A DNA stretch of 64,000 nt from Calditrichia bacterium (GTDB taxonomy: Bacteria; Calditrichota; Calditrichia; JAJRVZ01). The notes under the pieces are model-generated. The model saw only the letters and a list, made by a program, of their open reading frames with translations, was not told where the DNA came from and ran no database searches. A program made the position numbers and the translations under genes. Below, in pieces: positions 43,386-54,891 of this stretch (positions are counted from its first letter, which is position 1; every line of letters begins with the position of its first letter). The stretch covers positions 1,024,001-1,088,000 of the forward strand of contig CAWCNS010000005.1 in NCBI GenBank assembly GCA_963796965.1, read 5' to 3'.

Positions 43386-44732
43386 TTATTCTAGTAAATT
43401 AATTCTTTCAAGAAATCCAGTATCAAAATCGCCTTTTATAAAATCCGTCTGATCGACTAATTTGCGATGAAATGGGATAGTGGTCTTGATACCTTCAATC
43501 ACAAATTCATCCAATGCCCTTCTCAATCGTGTCAATGACTCTTCACGATCTGTTCCATATGCAATAAGTTTTGCCACGAGTGAATCATAATATGGGGGGA
43601 TCGTATATCCGGAATATATATGTGTATCCACCCTGATTCCTGGTCCTCCGGGAATGTGAACATTTTCAATTTTTCCGGGATTCGGCATAAAATTTCGTTC
43701 CCAATCTTCTGCATTTATCCTGCATTCAATCGCATGACCTTGCAGCACAACATCCTCCTGATTATATCCTAATGGCTCACCGGCAGCGGCACGAATCTGA
43801 TCCTTTAGAAGATCTCGATTATATACCATCTCGGTCACAGAATGCTCCACCTGAATACGTGTATTCATCTCCATAAAATAAAAGTCTTTACTCTCATCCA
43901 GGAGAAATTCTATTGTACCCGCACCCACATAATTAACTTCCCGACACCCCTTCACTGCAACTTCACCCATTTTCATTCGTAATTCATGATCCAGGGCAAC
44001 CGAGGGTGCCTCTTCGAGCAATTTCTGATGTCGTCGCTGAATGGAACATTCGCGCTCACCAAAGTGGACGATATTTCCTTCAACATCTCCCATTACCTGT
44101 ATTTCAATATGACGGGGATTAGCAATAAATTTCTCCATGTATAGATCTGCATTGCCAAAGGCACCTTCTGCTTCTGCACTGGCCATCATAAAATTCATTT
44201 CGAGACCATCCTCGGAAGTAACAATACGCATACCCCGCCCACCACCTCCAGCCACGGCCTTTAGCATCACCGGGTATTTCACTTCTTTTCCTAATTTTTT
44301 GGCATGATTAAGATCTTTGATGATACCTTCACTACCGGGAACGACTGGTACACCTGCCTTTTTCATTGTTTCTTTTGCATTAGCCTTATCACCCATACTG
44401 CGAATCATATCAGCCTTAGCCCCTATAAATTCTATATTGCACGATTCGCAGATCTCAGCAAATTCAGGATTTTCGGCAAGGAAACCATATCCCGGATGTA
44501 TAGCATCAGCACCGGTTACTTCAGCAGCGGATATAATACGTACCATGTTGAGATAGCTGTCTGTACCCGGGGGTGGGCCAATACATACAACTTCATCGGC
44601 AAAACGAACATGTAGGGAGTCTACATCTGCTTCAGAATATACAGCAACAGTCTTCACTCCAAGTTCCTGACAGGCGCGAATTATTCTTAAGGCAATTTCA
44701 CCCCGATTAGCAATCAAGATTTTATTAAACAA
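43386..44732 (-). CDS. accC: Acetyl-CoA carboxylase biotin carboxylase
   Basis: [46 protein letters not shown]. Confidence 0.97.
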   Translation of the reverse strand: MFNKILIANRGEIALRIIRACQELGVKTVAVYSEADVDSLHVRFADEVVCIGPPPGTDSYLNMVRIISAAEVTGADAIHPGYGFLAENPEFAEICESCNIEFIGAKADMIRSMGDKANAKETMKKAGVPVVPGSEGIIKDLNHAKKLGKEVKYPVMLKAVAGGGGRGMRIVTSEDGLEMNFMMASAEAEGAFGNADLYMEKFIANPRHIEIQVMGDVEGNIVHFGERECSIQRRHQKLLEEAPSVALDHELRMKMGEVAVKGCREVNYVGAGTIEFLLDESKDFYFMEMNTRIQVEHSVTEMVYNRDLLKDQIRAAAGEPLGYNQEDVVLQGHAIECRINAEDWERNFMPNPGKIENVHIPGGPGIRVDTHIYSGYTIPPYYDSLVAKLIAYGTDREESLTRLRRALDEFVIEGIKTTIPFHRKLVDQTDFIKGDFDTGFLERINLLE

Positions 44733-44744
44733 TGTATGGTCCTT

Positions 44745-45323
44745 TCATCTTTCAATCGCTCGTTGTAATTCGTTTAATGTCTGATTAAGTCTTGCATTTT
44801 CTATCTGCAATGTTTTTATTTCTGCTTTTAACTGGTTTATTATAGCCGGGTCGGCATTTTCTTTTACTCTAATTATTACAGGATCGATAGGGGCAGGTGT
44901 AATACTTTTTAAAAGATTCAACCAGTTTTTGCAGGCCATAATATAGCGACTATTTGGATAAGTTTCGATAAAATTTTCAAAAAATACGACTGCTTTCTTA
45001 TAGTCAAAATAAGGATTTCTTTCATCTGCAATAATATGCAGATAAGCTAAGCGATAAGCAGCGTCGTCAACAAAAGGATGTGTAGAAAATTTCTCAATAA
45101 ATTGTTCGTATATTATGTGAGCTTTGTCAAAATCACCTTTTTCAAGGTAAATATTTCCTCTCTCGATAATTTCAAATTCGATGCTTTTATCCTTTTGAGT
45201 GGAAGATTGGTTACAGGCAATATCCACAATACATACTATTAATAGTAATACCAGAACGAATATCGAACTATTATTCTGTGCGCTTATCAAAGACAATACA
45301 GCTTCCATCCTTTTGTTTAGCAA
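44745..45323 (-). CDS. TPR (BamD/YbgF-like) putative lipoprotein with C-terminal coiled coil; start uncertain
   Basis: YEQFIEKFSTHPFVDDAAYRLA, FIETYPNSRY; hydrophobic segment ending IAC. Confidence 0.6.
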   Translation of the reverse strand: MLNKRMEAVLSLISAQNNSSIFVLVLLLIVCIVDIACNQSSTQKDKSIEFEIIERGNIYLEKGDFDKAHIIYEQFIEKFSTHPFVDDAAYRLAYLHIIADERNPYFDYKKAVVFFENFIETYPNSRYIMACKNWLNLLKSITPAPIDPVIIRVKENADPAIINQLKAEIKTLQIENARLNQTLNELQRAIER

Positions 45324-46206
45324 ACTTTTTTAGTTCAGTTATAATTTTAATAATTTCTCCAATATTTGTAAATGACTGGTGACGATTATTCACAACTGCA
45401 ATAGATATTGAAACAAAGGGAAATTGTTGTGCAACCCCCTTGCGATCTTTAGTAGAAATATAACCTCTTATTTGATCCTCATTACTATAAAATTGTCTTA
45501 TACCACTATCTACCAGTTCAATAATTTTGTTACCAATATCCGGCATTCGATCCGGTGAAGCAAGGATTACAAAATCATCTCCTCCAATATGCCCTATAAA
45601 ATCATTTGGCTCACCAAAATTTGTTACTGCTGTTTTAATAACATCAGCTGTAAATAGTATCACCTCATCACCCTGGTCAAATCCATATTTATCATTAAAT
45701 GCTTTAAAATTATCAAGATCTGTATAAGCAACTGCAAATTGGTTACCACTCTGCATACGATTTTGGATTATTTCCTGAATTTTAGTATTACCAGGTAATC
45801 GTGTAAGTGGATTGCTATCCAGGTTCTGAAGATTTCGGCGAAGCACAGCTTTAATCCTGGCTACTCTTTCTTTTGGATCAATCGATTTGGTAATATAGTC
45901 ATCAGCCCCCCCATCAAGGCGTTTGAGCTTATCATTAAGATCGTCGCTGGTGGTCAGCACAATAACGGGCGTATTACATAACTCCTCATCTTCCCTGATC
46001 TTATCACAGACTTCATGTCCATCCGGATCAGGCATATTTAAATCCAATAATACAAGGTCCGGCTTAATAGAGCGCATCATTTCCAGTCCTTCCACACCAT
46101 TCAATGCCTCACTTACCGTAAATCCTTCATTCTCCAGATCTAACCTGGTGAGGTATCTAAACTCAGATTCATCATCGATGAGGAGAAGATGATATTTTTC
46201 TTCCAT
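45271..46206 (-). CDS. Response regulator-GGDEF diguanylate cyclase-like protein
   Basis: LLIDD, PDLVLLDLNMP; NPLTRLPGN, DLDNFKAFNDKYGF, GHIGGDDF. Confidence 0.9.
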   Translation of the reverse strand: MEEKYHLLLIDDESEFRYLTRLDLENEGFTVSEALNGVEGLEMMRSIKPDLVLLDLNMPDPDGHEVCDKIREDEELCNTPVIVLTTSDDLNDKLKRLDGGADDYITKSIDPKERVARIKAVLRRNLQNLDSNPLTRLPGNTKIQEIIQNRMQSGNQFAVAYTDLDNFKAFNDKYGFDQGDEVILFTADVIKTAVTNFGEPNDFIGHIGGDDFVILASPDRMPDIGNKIIELVDSGIRQFYSNEDQIRGYISTKDRKGVAQQFPFVSISIAVVNNRHQSFTNIGEIIKIITELKKFAKQKDGSCIVFDKRTE

Positions 46207-46241
46207 GGAAAGCACCTATCCTGAAATGTTATAAATTTTCT

Positions 46242-46459
46242 CGCAAAGACGCAAAGTCGCCAAGAAACACAATACTTACATTATCCTACCTAACTTGCCT
46301 GCCCAGAGTTCGTTTAAGGGTTTCAGCATCAATTTATTAGAAATAATTAACAAATTAAATTCTACCAATGATACCTGCACTTTTATCCTCCCTATCATTA
46401 AGAATGAGGAATATGTGGCTGGTAATTCTTGTGTTTCTTGGCGACTTTGCGTCTTTGCG
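46242..46459. repeat. Element with perfect 31-bp inverted repeats (MITE-like)
   Basis: cgcaaagacgcaaagtcgccaagaaacacaa (46242-46272) and its exact reverse complement (46429-46459). Confidence 0.85.
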
Positions 46460-46493
46460 TGAATACAAACTTTGACACAGAAAGGCTCTATCG

Positions 46494-48041
46494 CTAGTCG
46501 CTCACGTCTTTCATTTCTAATACTTCTACCGGTGTTGATTGAATGGGTAACAAAACCGTAAACTCTGTTCCTGTCCCTATTTTACTTTTAACTTTAATTT
46601 TTCCGCCGTGGGCTTTGACAATCTGAGATGTAATATAAAGCCCTAGCCCGGTTCCCTTTACCGATATTTTCGTTGAGTTACTTGCCCGGTACATTTTTTC
46701 AAATATATATGGTATCTCTTTAGCAGGAATACCTATACCCTGATCTCTGATTTGTACATGCACGAAAGAATCATTTTCAAATATCGATACTTGCATTTTA
46801 GATCCGTTTGGAGAAAATTTTATTGCATTAGATAGCAGATTTGTAAATACTTCTTCTAAACGATCTTTATCCAAATTAATATCAATTTTTTCGCTTGAGA
46901 AATTAAGGTCGACTTTCATTTCTTTTTTCTTAACCGTCGGCGCTAACTTCATAATTGTGTTTGTAAATAATTTAACCAGATTCTCATTTTTAAGATCGAG
47001 TCTCATGGTTTCACCATCATAGGAAGCACTATGCAAAATATTGGTAATTAGATTTGAAAGCGTTTCATTATTCCCATTTATGATAGCGAGCAGACGTCTT
47101 TGATTATCTGTTGGTACATTTCCCAAACTATGTTCAAGCAAACTCATGGCCTGATAGATGGCTGCTAGAGGGCTTTTCATTTCATGCGTAAACTGATTGA
47201 GCATTTCAGACTTAAATTTATCATTCTCATTTAAGCGAAGAGCCATTTGCTCAAAGGCAGAGGCAAGTTCACCAATCTCGTCATTTGATTTTCGGGGTAC
47301 CTTAACATCAAAATTCTGGATTGCTACTTGATCAATACCATTTTTCAAGTCTTCCAAGGGCCGGGAAAATAATCTTGCTACAAAAAATGCAACAAACAAA
47401 CTTATAAAAACCATTGCAAACAGAACATAAAGAACAACCAGATTGATCATTTCTGATACTTGCTTAAGTTCTTCCCCACTTTGATGTGCCTGCGCACCAA
47501 TTAATTCACTGAGAGAACCAAGTTCTTTACGCAAATTCGCAATAGTCGATTTTACTCCTGGATCGACATATTCTGTTTTAGTTGCGAATTCAGCTAGTTT
47601 ATTCCTTGAGCGCGTCCATAAAGATTCACATTGTCTCTCCAATTCCGCTTTTTCTTTTAAGCGGTCTTTATCCACTTTTTTTTCGCCAAGATAATTAAGA
47701 AAATGGCCTAATACTGGCGACACAGATAAGGAATCAGAAGTTTGTCTTCTGGATTTAAATAATTGCCAGTTTGATTGGTACGCGTGTATGCCGTCTCTAA
47801 GATTTGCCTGATAACGGTTTTGTGAGGGGCCGGAAAGCCGTGTTAGGATAAATTGGGCATAGACATCTTCGAGGATTTGCTGCTGGTGAGAAAGATCAAT
47901 TACCTCCTGCACATCTTGTTCTATTCGCAATCGAACAAATCGATCGATTGCTTTTGTCTGCAAAATGAGAAGAAAGAGGGCAATTGAAAAAAAACAGATG
48001 AGTAAAAGGTAACTTATAAATAATTTATATTTTAACTTCAT
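46494..48041 (-). CDS. Membrane HAMP sensor histidine kinase
   Basis: Two TMs, NDEIGELASAF, FTHEMKSPL, NLLSNAIKFS, GTGLGL. Confidence 0.92.
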   Translation of the reverse strand: MKLKYKLFISYLLLICFFSIALFLLILQTKAIDRFVRLRIEQDVQEVIDLSHQQQILEDVYAQFILTRLSGPSQNRYQANLRDGIHAYQSNWQLFKSRRQTSDSLSVSPVLGHFLNYLGEKKVDKDRLKEKAELERQCESLWTRSRNKLAEFATKTEYVDPGVKSTIANLRKELGSLSELIGAQAHQSGEELKQVSEMINLVVLYVLFAMVFISLFVAFFVARLFSRPLEDLKNGIDQVAIQNFDVKVPRKSNDEIGELASAFEQMALRLNENDKFKSEMLNQFTHEMKSPLAAIYQAMSLLEHSLGNVPTDNQRRLLAIINGNNETLSNLITNILHSASYDGETMRLDLKNENLVKLFTNTIMKLAPTVKKKEMKVDLNFSSEKIDINLDKDRLEEVFTNLLSNAIKFSPNGSKMQVSIFENDSFVHVQIRDQGIGIPAKEIPYIFEKMYRASNSTKISVKGTGLGLYITSQIVKAHGGKIKVKSKIGTGTEFTVLLPIQSTPVEVLEMKDVSD

Positions 48042-48044
48042 TCA

Positions 48045-48545
48045 TTATTTTTCAATGAGAAAAAGAACCTGGTTGTATTCAACCGGTTGGGCGTTTTCTA
48101 CTAAAATTTTTGCTATTTTGCCGGCGTAATCAGATTCAATCTCATTCATTAATTTCATAGCCTCTATAATGCACAATGTGTGGCCAACTTCAACTTGCTG
48201 ACCTACCTCAACGTAAGCATCAGCATCGGGGGCCGGAGAACGATAAAAAGTACCAACCATCGGTGAGCGCAATTCATAATAATCTCCAGCGGTTGATTCT
48301 GCCACCGCTTGTGATGGGTCTGCCTGTGGTATACCAGTATCTACAGCAGCAGACATAGCCTGACCGGGCATTGGCACAGGCTGCTGGTATGAAAGTACCT
48401 GGGCGGGATTCATTATGACTGCATCAGCAGATTGTTTATTATTTTTTGTGATTCGGATCTCTTTTCCTTCTTCCTTAATCTCAATCTCGCTAATATCAGC
48501 GTTTTCGACTAGTTTGATGAGTTGGCGGATCTCTCTGATCTCCAT
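48045..48545 (-). CDS. accB: Biotin carboxyl carrier protein
   Basis: [22 protein letters not shown]. Confidence 0.97.
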   Translation of the reverse strand: MEIREIRQLIKLVENADISEIEIKEEGKEIRITKNNKQSADAVIMNPAQVLSYQQPVPMPGQAMSAAVDTGIPQADPSQAVAESTAGDYYELRSPMVGTFYRSPAPDADAYVEVGQQVEVGHTLCIIEAMKLMNEIESDYAGKIAKILVENAQPVEYNQVLFLIEK

Positions 48546-48567
48546 CAAGCCTCCTTTAACCCTATTT

Positions 48568-49627
48568 TTAGATAAGACGAACCTTCTCCAAAAGCTGTTT
48601 CACATCGCTATGAAACTTATTTTTAAAGACGGTCGCACTTATGTTATGTTTATTGATTTTGTTGAAATTTATGTCTTTAACATCTTCGTCGCAATAAATA
48701 ATTATCGGTATATCCTTTTCTGTGCGTGGTTTTGGCCACAACATATTCATTATATTCTCTGCATCCTCATAATTGACAATAATTAGTCTGAGGTGCAAAG
48801 TTCGCCATGAATCGAACTGTCATTTCTTTAGGGCCTGTTACCTTACATTCAAACCCCATCTTTTTGACTACCCTGCTTGCCATAATTCTCGCAATTCTGT
48901 TATCATCAATTACCAGGACCCTCTTTTCATCAGATCCGGCCCCCTCCTGCTTCTTGATTTCGTCGTTAAGTTTTGCTGCTTCCATCAAAAGATTCGTAAT
49001 ACTTTCATTAATATTCGTATTTGGGATTTCATCTGTATCCTCGAATACAAATCTCAACTCTTCATTACACGCCAATTGCAAAAAGGCATCTTCTTTGATG
49101 AGAGAACCATAGGCAGCCGAAACAACACGCCCACCTTTGACCATGATATTCCCAATTTCAGTGTTATTGATATCATAGAATCTAAATATTCCCGTTCGCC
49201 TCCCCTGGTCTTTTTCCTGAGCTTCGTTCCAAAAAAATTCATTTGCGGTAAAGTGGTGTTGTAATTTTGATTCACTCATCCGAAGATTAATTCTTGCTAA
49301 AACTTCTGAGAATTCAAAAGGTTGGCGGATGGCGTCAACCGCACCAAATTCAAAAAACTCTTTAACCTGATTCTTTTTCTCCCCATAAATTAGAGCAATA
49401 ATCGGGATATACTTAATTTGTTCGACTTTTTTTAAGGCTGCCATGAGATCGGGAACACTTTTCTCCTTAAAATTGTTCGCCACCAGCAATAAGTCGGGCG
49501 CCTCTTTATCTGCGCGCTTCTTACACTCAAAGACATTATCAAAAGTAGATATTTCAAGTCCGTTTGTTTTTAATTGACTCTGGAGAGCTGACACTTCCTG
49601 GTCAGGTGCGCTCAATATAAATAACAT
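48568..49627 (-). CDS. Receiver-like/DUF4388/receiver-like signalling protein (frameshift near 48790)
   Basis: Degenerate REC N-terminus; [22 protein letters not shown] second REC. Confidence 0.6.
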
Positions 49628-49812
49628 ATAATCTATCTCCTCAAACCTCGAAAATCATATATAGACCCTAAAATCTTTATTGATGTATTTAGAAATGATC
49701 ATTATTTAAACTGATGTGAAACCTTATAGTAATTGATGCCCCCTATTATTGTATATGTCTCAACACCCATAAAAAATCATTTAGGTATCCGCTAGTCGGA
49801 GGACAATTAAAA

Positions 49813-50664
49813 TTAATATTCTTTCGCCGCGCGCGCAATTCGTTGAAGTTCTTCACATACAATATCCAAACGCTCGTCGCTCAAATAGGTATTGTGAACC
49901 CGGGCATGTTTCAGTCTTAAGTTCATCGATCTCAGTAACTAATAAGTGTTCCTCAAAATATGGTGCTTTAGCAATCACCTTCCCATGGGGATCGACAACC
50001 TCGGATCCTCCCCAGAACATCAATCCATCTTCTGAGCCAACGCGGTTGCAGAATACCAAATAACTTGTAAAGAGATGCGCTGTGGTTTTATTCAGATCTT
50101 CCCAAATTTGAATATTTTCAGGTTTATCTTTTTGATGAACACCACGGAGAATTCCAGCTGAATTTACAAAGAGAATAAGCGCCCCGTCTAATGCAAGAAT
50201 GCTACTGGAAGAAGGATGCCACATATCCTCACATATCATCATGCCAAATCGCCCATGGGTTGAATCGAATGCTCTAAATCTATTTCCCGGTGTAAAATAA
50301 CGTCTCTCTTCATAGACGCCATAGGTCGGCAGATACACTTTACGATGTCGAGCAACCAACTTTCCTTTTTCCAAAAATAAGTTGGTATTCTTTGCTTCAT
50401 AATTGTCAGTTAATTCAACCATGCCAAAGCAAATCGAAATTTTCTCACTCGCTTTATATAATGGTTCTAATTTTTTATCATTGGCCGTCAGGGCCACATC
50501 AAAAACAGCATCTTTTACAGAATATCCTGTCAATGAGAGTTCCGGAAAAAGGATAATATCCGAATTTCCTTCAATAGCTTCTCTATATAGTGAAGGTGTT
50601 TCTCCAGATTATCGTCAATATTCGTCAGTACTGAACTAATTTGCGCAAGTGCGATCTTTAACAC
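49813..50664 (-). CDS. Carbon-nitrogen hydrolase (nitrilase family; NAD-synthetase glutaminase-like), frameshifted
   Basis: KIALAQ start, (F)PELSLTGY, HRKVYLPTYGVYEERRYF, ICEDMW, NRVGSEDGLMFWGGS. Confidence 0.85.
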
Positions 50665-51087
50665 ATTCTTCTCTCTTCAGTTCCAGAAATACAGATTATT
50701 AGATCCCCAGGCTAAATACTCCCTTTAACAAATAATTATCAGGAGTTTATATATTATCCTGGGAATTAAGCCCCAGCCCATACCTAACCCATTATTTGTA
50801 GAAAAATCCTTCAGGCCTACGATAGCCTCCCTAAGTATACTGATAATTCAAGGAAATGCCTGCAAGGAGGTAGATTATTATTGAAAATTTAATTTACAGT
50901 CTCTGGTTTAAAAAAACAAACCTTGGCATTGGAAAAAGCAAAGGTGGCGTTTGAGTTTTTGCGCATTTGGCAGGATATATTTTGGAGGTTATTTCTCACA
51001 ATTGATTGTATTAATTGGGACACAATCATGAGGTTGAATAAAAATACAATTATACCACGGAAGCACCCGGAGGTTCAGAACAATTAA

Positions 51088-51681
51088 TCAAAATGCAGAT
51101 CTATAGAGTTTTAATTCTCTTATCATATTGAGTACAGCCTCCGAAACTTTATTTTCATCATATATTCCAGACATAATCTCTTCTCTTATTTCCGTAGCAG
51201 AAATATCGATAATTGGAGAATCCAGGAAAAGAACATTTTTTTTAAGGTCATCCGGAATATCTTCTTTTTTGCCTCCTTCCCGCTGAATTACCACAACGGT
51301 CGCCAACTCTTTAATTACAGCAGGATCTTTCCAGCGATGAAAATCATAGAGATTATCAATTCCGATAATATAGTAGAGATCTGCCTCAGGCAAATTTTCA
51401 TACTCCAAAAACTCGCGAAGAGTGTCCACGGTAAAAGAAATCCCTTTTCGGGCAAGTTCAATCCCGCTTACTTTAAACTGTGGATCCATTTCTGTTGCCA
51501 TTTGGACCATACGATATCTGATTTCTGCAGGTGTGACCTCAGAATTATTTTTTAAGGCATGAAGAGCAGCAGGAATAAAATAGACATATTCTAAATCTAA
51601 TTTGTCTCTAACCCATCGTGCTAATTTGATATGTGCTTTATGAGGTGGGTCAAAGGTCCCACCATACAATCCTATTCGCAT
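51088..51681 (-). CDS. nadD: Nicotinate-nucleotide adenylyltransferase
   Basis: GLYGGTFDPPHKAH, SFTVDTL, IIGIDN, ISATEIR. Confidence 0.95.
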   Translation of the reverse strand: MRIGLYGGTFDPPHKAHIKLARWVRDKLDLEYVYFIPAALHALKNNSEVTPAEIRYRMVQMATEMDPQFKVSGIELARKGISFTVDTLREFLEYENLPEADLYYIIGIDNLYDFHRWKDPAVIKELATVVVIQREGGKKEDIPDDLKKNVLFLDSPIIDISATEIREEIMSGIYDENKVSEAVLNMIRELKLYRSAF

Positions 51682-52565
51682 TATTTGTAAGTCTCTCTAC
51701 GCTCTATAGCACTTAATTTTCGCATATCTAAATGCTTCAAGTATTTCTAACTTTGCACCCCTTCTATTCCTCTTCAGGATCACTCTCATCCGGATCTTCA
51801 TATACTTCAATTTTTCGTAGAGATTTTGTAATACTGTATTCTAAATCTGTGTTAGGAAATTTATCTCTCATTTCGACTAATATTTTTTTAGACTTCATCA
51901 AAAGCCTCCATATCAATCAATGTATTCGCTTTGCCCAGCATAGCATCATCTGCCCATGAAGTGTCATAATATCTCTCAAGTACAATATCATAGTAAATAA
52001 CACTTGAATTGATCCACAACATTGCTCGATATAGTTCAGCATTTAAATAATATTTTTCTGCCATTTTCTCACGTAACTCCAATAACCGCCGTTCCACCTC
52101 TTCCCGCTTTTCATGACCGGGAAAATCTTCAATAAATAATTGGAAGGCCCTTAATGCTTTTTCAGTGTATTCCTGGTCTAAGGCAGGTCGTGGAGACATC
52201 TGATAATAACTCATTCCCAGCATATACGTGGCGTCCGGAACGAGTGGACTCCGGGACATATTATTCATCAACTTAGAAAATTCTGCGGCAGAGATGATAT
52301 ATTCTTCTAAATCATAATGCGACATTGCCAAATAAAATTGTGCACTGTCAGCTACCGAACTACCCGGATATCTTAAAATAACAACTGTAAATTCATTAGT
52401 TGCTTCAAAATAATCTTCGTCATCATAGAGTTCTTTTGCATATTCATAATATTCTTCTGCTGTCCATGTACTTTCAGGGCTTCTTCCTGAACATCCAATC
52501 CAAATTAAAGCCAATACAACTACAATTATAGATTTTATCACATGCTCTCCCAATACTTTACTCAA
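51681..52565 (-). CDS. bamD: Outer membrane protein assembly factor BamD (frameshift near 51890)
   Basis: Lipobox WIGC; TPRs YPGSSVADSAQF, DQEYTEKALRAFQLFIEDFP. Confidence 0.85.
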
Positions 52566-53189
52566 TTTCTTTGTGTGAAAAATAAATATACAATAATCGC
52601 CACCGCACCAATTGTAATTACCGGTTCATATATTTTTTCCCAAAAAGAGAACTCTTCCCTTTTCCCAATGGTAAATCCATAAGATGATTCATCTGCCTCT
52701 GATATATCATCATAGGGGATATCATCCTCAACTAAATAATTACTTTCAATCGCTTGCTCGACTCTCTGACCACTTCCGTCATAAATCTGTCCTTTAATAT
52801 GAAAGTGTATCTGGCGATGGACGAAATTCCTTCCAAGAAAAGATTTTTCAAACGGTTTTGAATATTTCACACCAATATTAAATTTATCAATCTCAACTAT
52901 CAAACCTTGAAACGACGAAACCTCATTATAGTTTCGAAAGACCCGAAAAGATTTTTGCGAAAAAAGGTTGCCAATAAAAACTCTTAAATAGTTTCCTTCT
53001 TCTCGATCAAGTTTTTCAACCTGTATCAAGATAGAATCTTTACCATTATGCACCAAATGATCCTGGTAGGCTGAAAATACATCAAAAGTCAAGTCTATCA
53101 ATAACATCTCTATTCGTTCTCAATTCTGATGATATCGCCTGATTAACAATGATCATCAATAGATATATTAAAAAAGATGGAATTTTCAT
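52562..53189 (-). CDS. Hypothetical membrane-anchored protein (N-terminus frameshifted)
   Basis: ORF 52562..53107 with C-terminal TM EPVITIGAVAIIVYLFFTQR; ATG at 53189. Confidence 0.55.
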
Positions 53190-53232
53190 TTCTACAGAAT
53201 CAATCAAAGAGTTTACTAACCTGAATTAATTG

Positions 53233-54891
53233 CTACAGACTGCCTAGAATGCTTTTTATCAAATACGAACGGTCAAAGATGATGACTCTATTGAAGGGGA
53301 GAGTCCTCATTATTATGTAGATAAAGAAGACTTCCGGTGACCTTTCCATCCTGAACCTAAAGCTGAGTAAAGTTAAACAAGAAATTAACAATATACCACT
53401 AAATATACCCAGCCAATCACCATGGTTGGAATAAAAGGTTTTCTCAGTGCGAAGAGGTATAATTTTTTGGGCCAATACCCGCTCAAAAAGACCCGACTCT
53501 AGATATCGTCTCCCATAGGGATCAATAAAGGAAGATATTCCCGTATTTGCGCATCTAATAACAGATATTCGTTGCTCAATTGCTCTAAAGATCGCCGCTT
53601 GTAAATGCTGAAATGGTTGAGATGTGTAACCGAACCAGCCATCATTGGTTATAATAATCAATAATCGGGAATCTTTATCAATGAATTGCCGGATAAGATT
53701 CGGAAAGATCGACTCATAGCAAATAATGGCAGACAGACTTAAACGGCGTTACATCATCATCGTGAGAGACAACCCTCCAATCATTCTCCTTAAAGTCTAA
53801 TTGATAAAGATTGCTCTTGGCCTCAAAGGTGACAACGTTAGTTCCCTCCGTCATGTCATACATCCTATTCCCAATCAACCATTCAGGTAAAATCTCTTTG
53901 TATGGAAATTTCTCTTCTTCCGGAACTAATTGAAGTTTATGATAAACACCCAGGGTAGAATCATTGGGATTGAGGAAATAGGCAGCGTTGAACTTCTGCT
54001 TTAAATGATTTTTATATTCATAATCCAGGGTACCGGCAAGTAGATGATATTTATGGGTTTGTATGTGGCTACTAAGCACAGCAAAATCTTTGGGCCGATC
54101 TTTTAAATAATAAGGGATGCTCGTTTCCGGCCATACAACCAGATCAGGCCTTGTTAGCAAAAGGCTGTCTGTCAACGAGGTGAGCGTGGAAAGATTTTCG
54201 TGAAGAAAATCAGTGGACCATTTTAAATCCTGATCTATATTGGGTTGTATATAGCCGACAGAAACACCAGGAGCCTTTAAATTTTGTCCCAACTTATACA
54301 GTCCAAATCCGAGAGGTATAAGAAATAATAATAATACAACTACACTGTATTGTAAGAATAGCCTCGGCTTTTTATAGGCTTTTATGGCCAGGTAAATCGT
54401 TACATTTACAAGGCATATCCAATAAACGACTCCCAGATATCCTGTATATTCAACATATTGAATGATATATAAAAAATACGATTGTGTGTGCGCGATATTG
54501 AGCCATGTAAAGGCAAGATCTCCAAATTGTCTGATATATTCAAGAAAAGTCCATAAAAATGGAAAAACGAATAGAGCTAGCTGCGCATTTTTGTTAAAAA
54601 TGAATGAAAGTAAGGCGGTAAGCAGACCAAACTGAAGGGCATTTCCGATGGCAATAATTGAAAAGCCTGTACCAGAGTAGAAGAACAACCAGTATAAAGT
54701 AACAGCATTAACCATTAGACCAATGAGATAGCCATAAACAAAAGACCGGCCAGGCGTATTTCTTTTACATATGTAAAATTGAGGGATAAAAGCTATATAT
54801 ATAAAAAATCCGAATGGACTTGGAGCATAGGCAACAATAAAGAAAACAGTAGAAAGTAATGTATCCCGAACATCTTTGCTAGTTATATTAG
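53233..54891 (-). CDS. lnt: Apolipoprotein N-acyltransferase (frameshift near 53720; start approximate)
   Basis: Multiple TMs, IQPNI, VVWPETS, YHKLQLVP, ITNDGWFG, RAIEQR, RCANTGIS. Confidence 0.9.

Noticed and set aside
41490..43400. Glycine riboswitch ahead of gcv genes
   Set aside because: gcvH and gcvPA have only 10-17 bp upstream gaps; the 41490-41645 spacer holds only short tandem repeats
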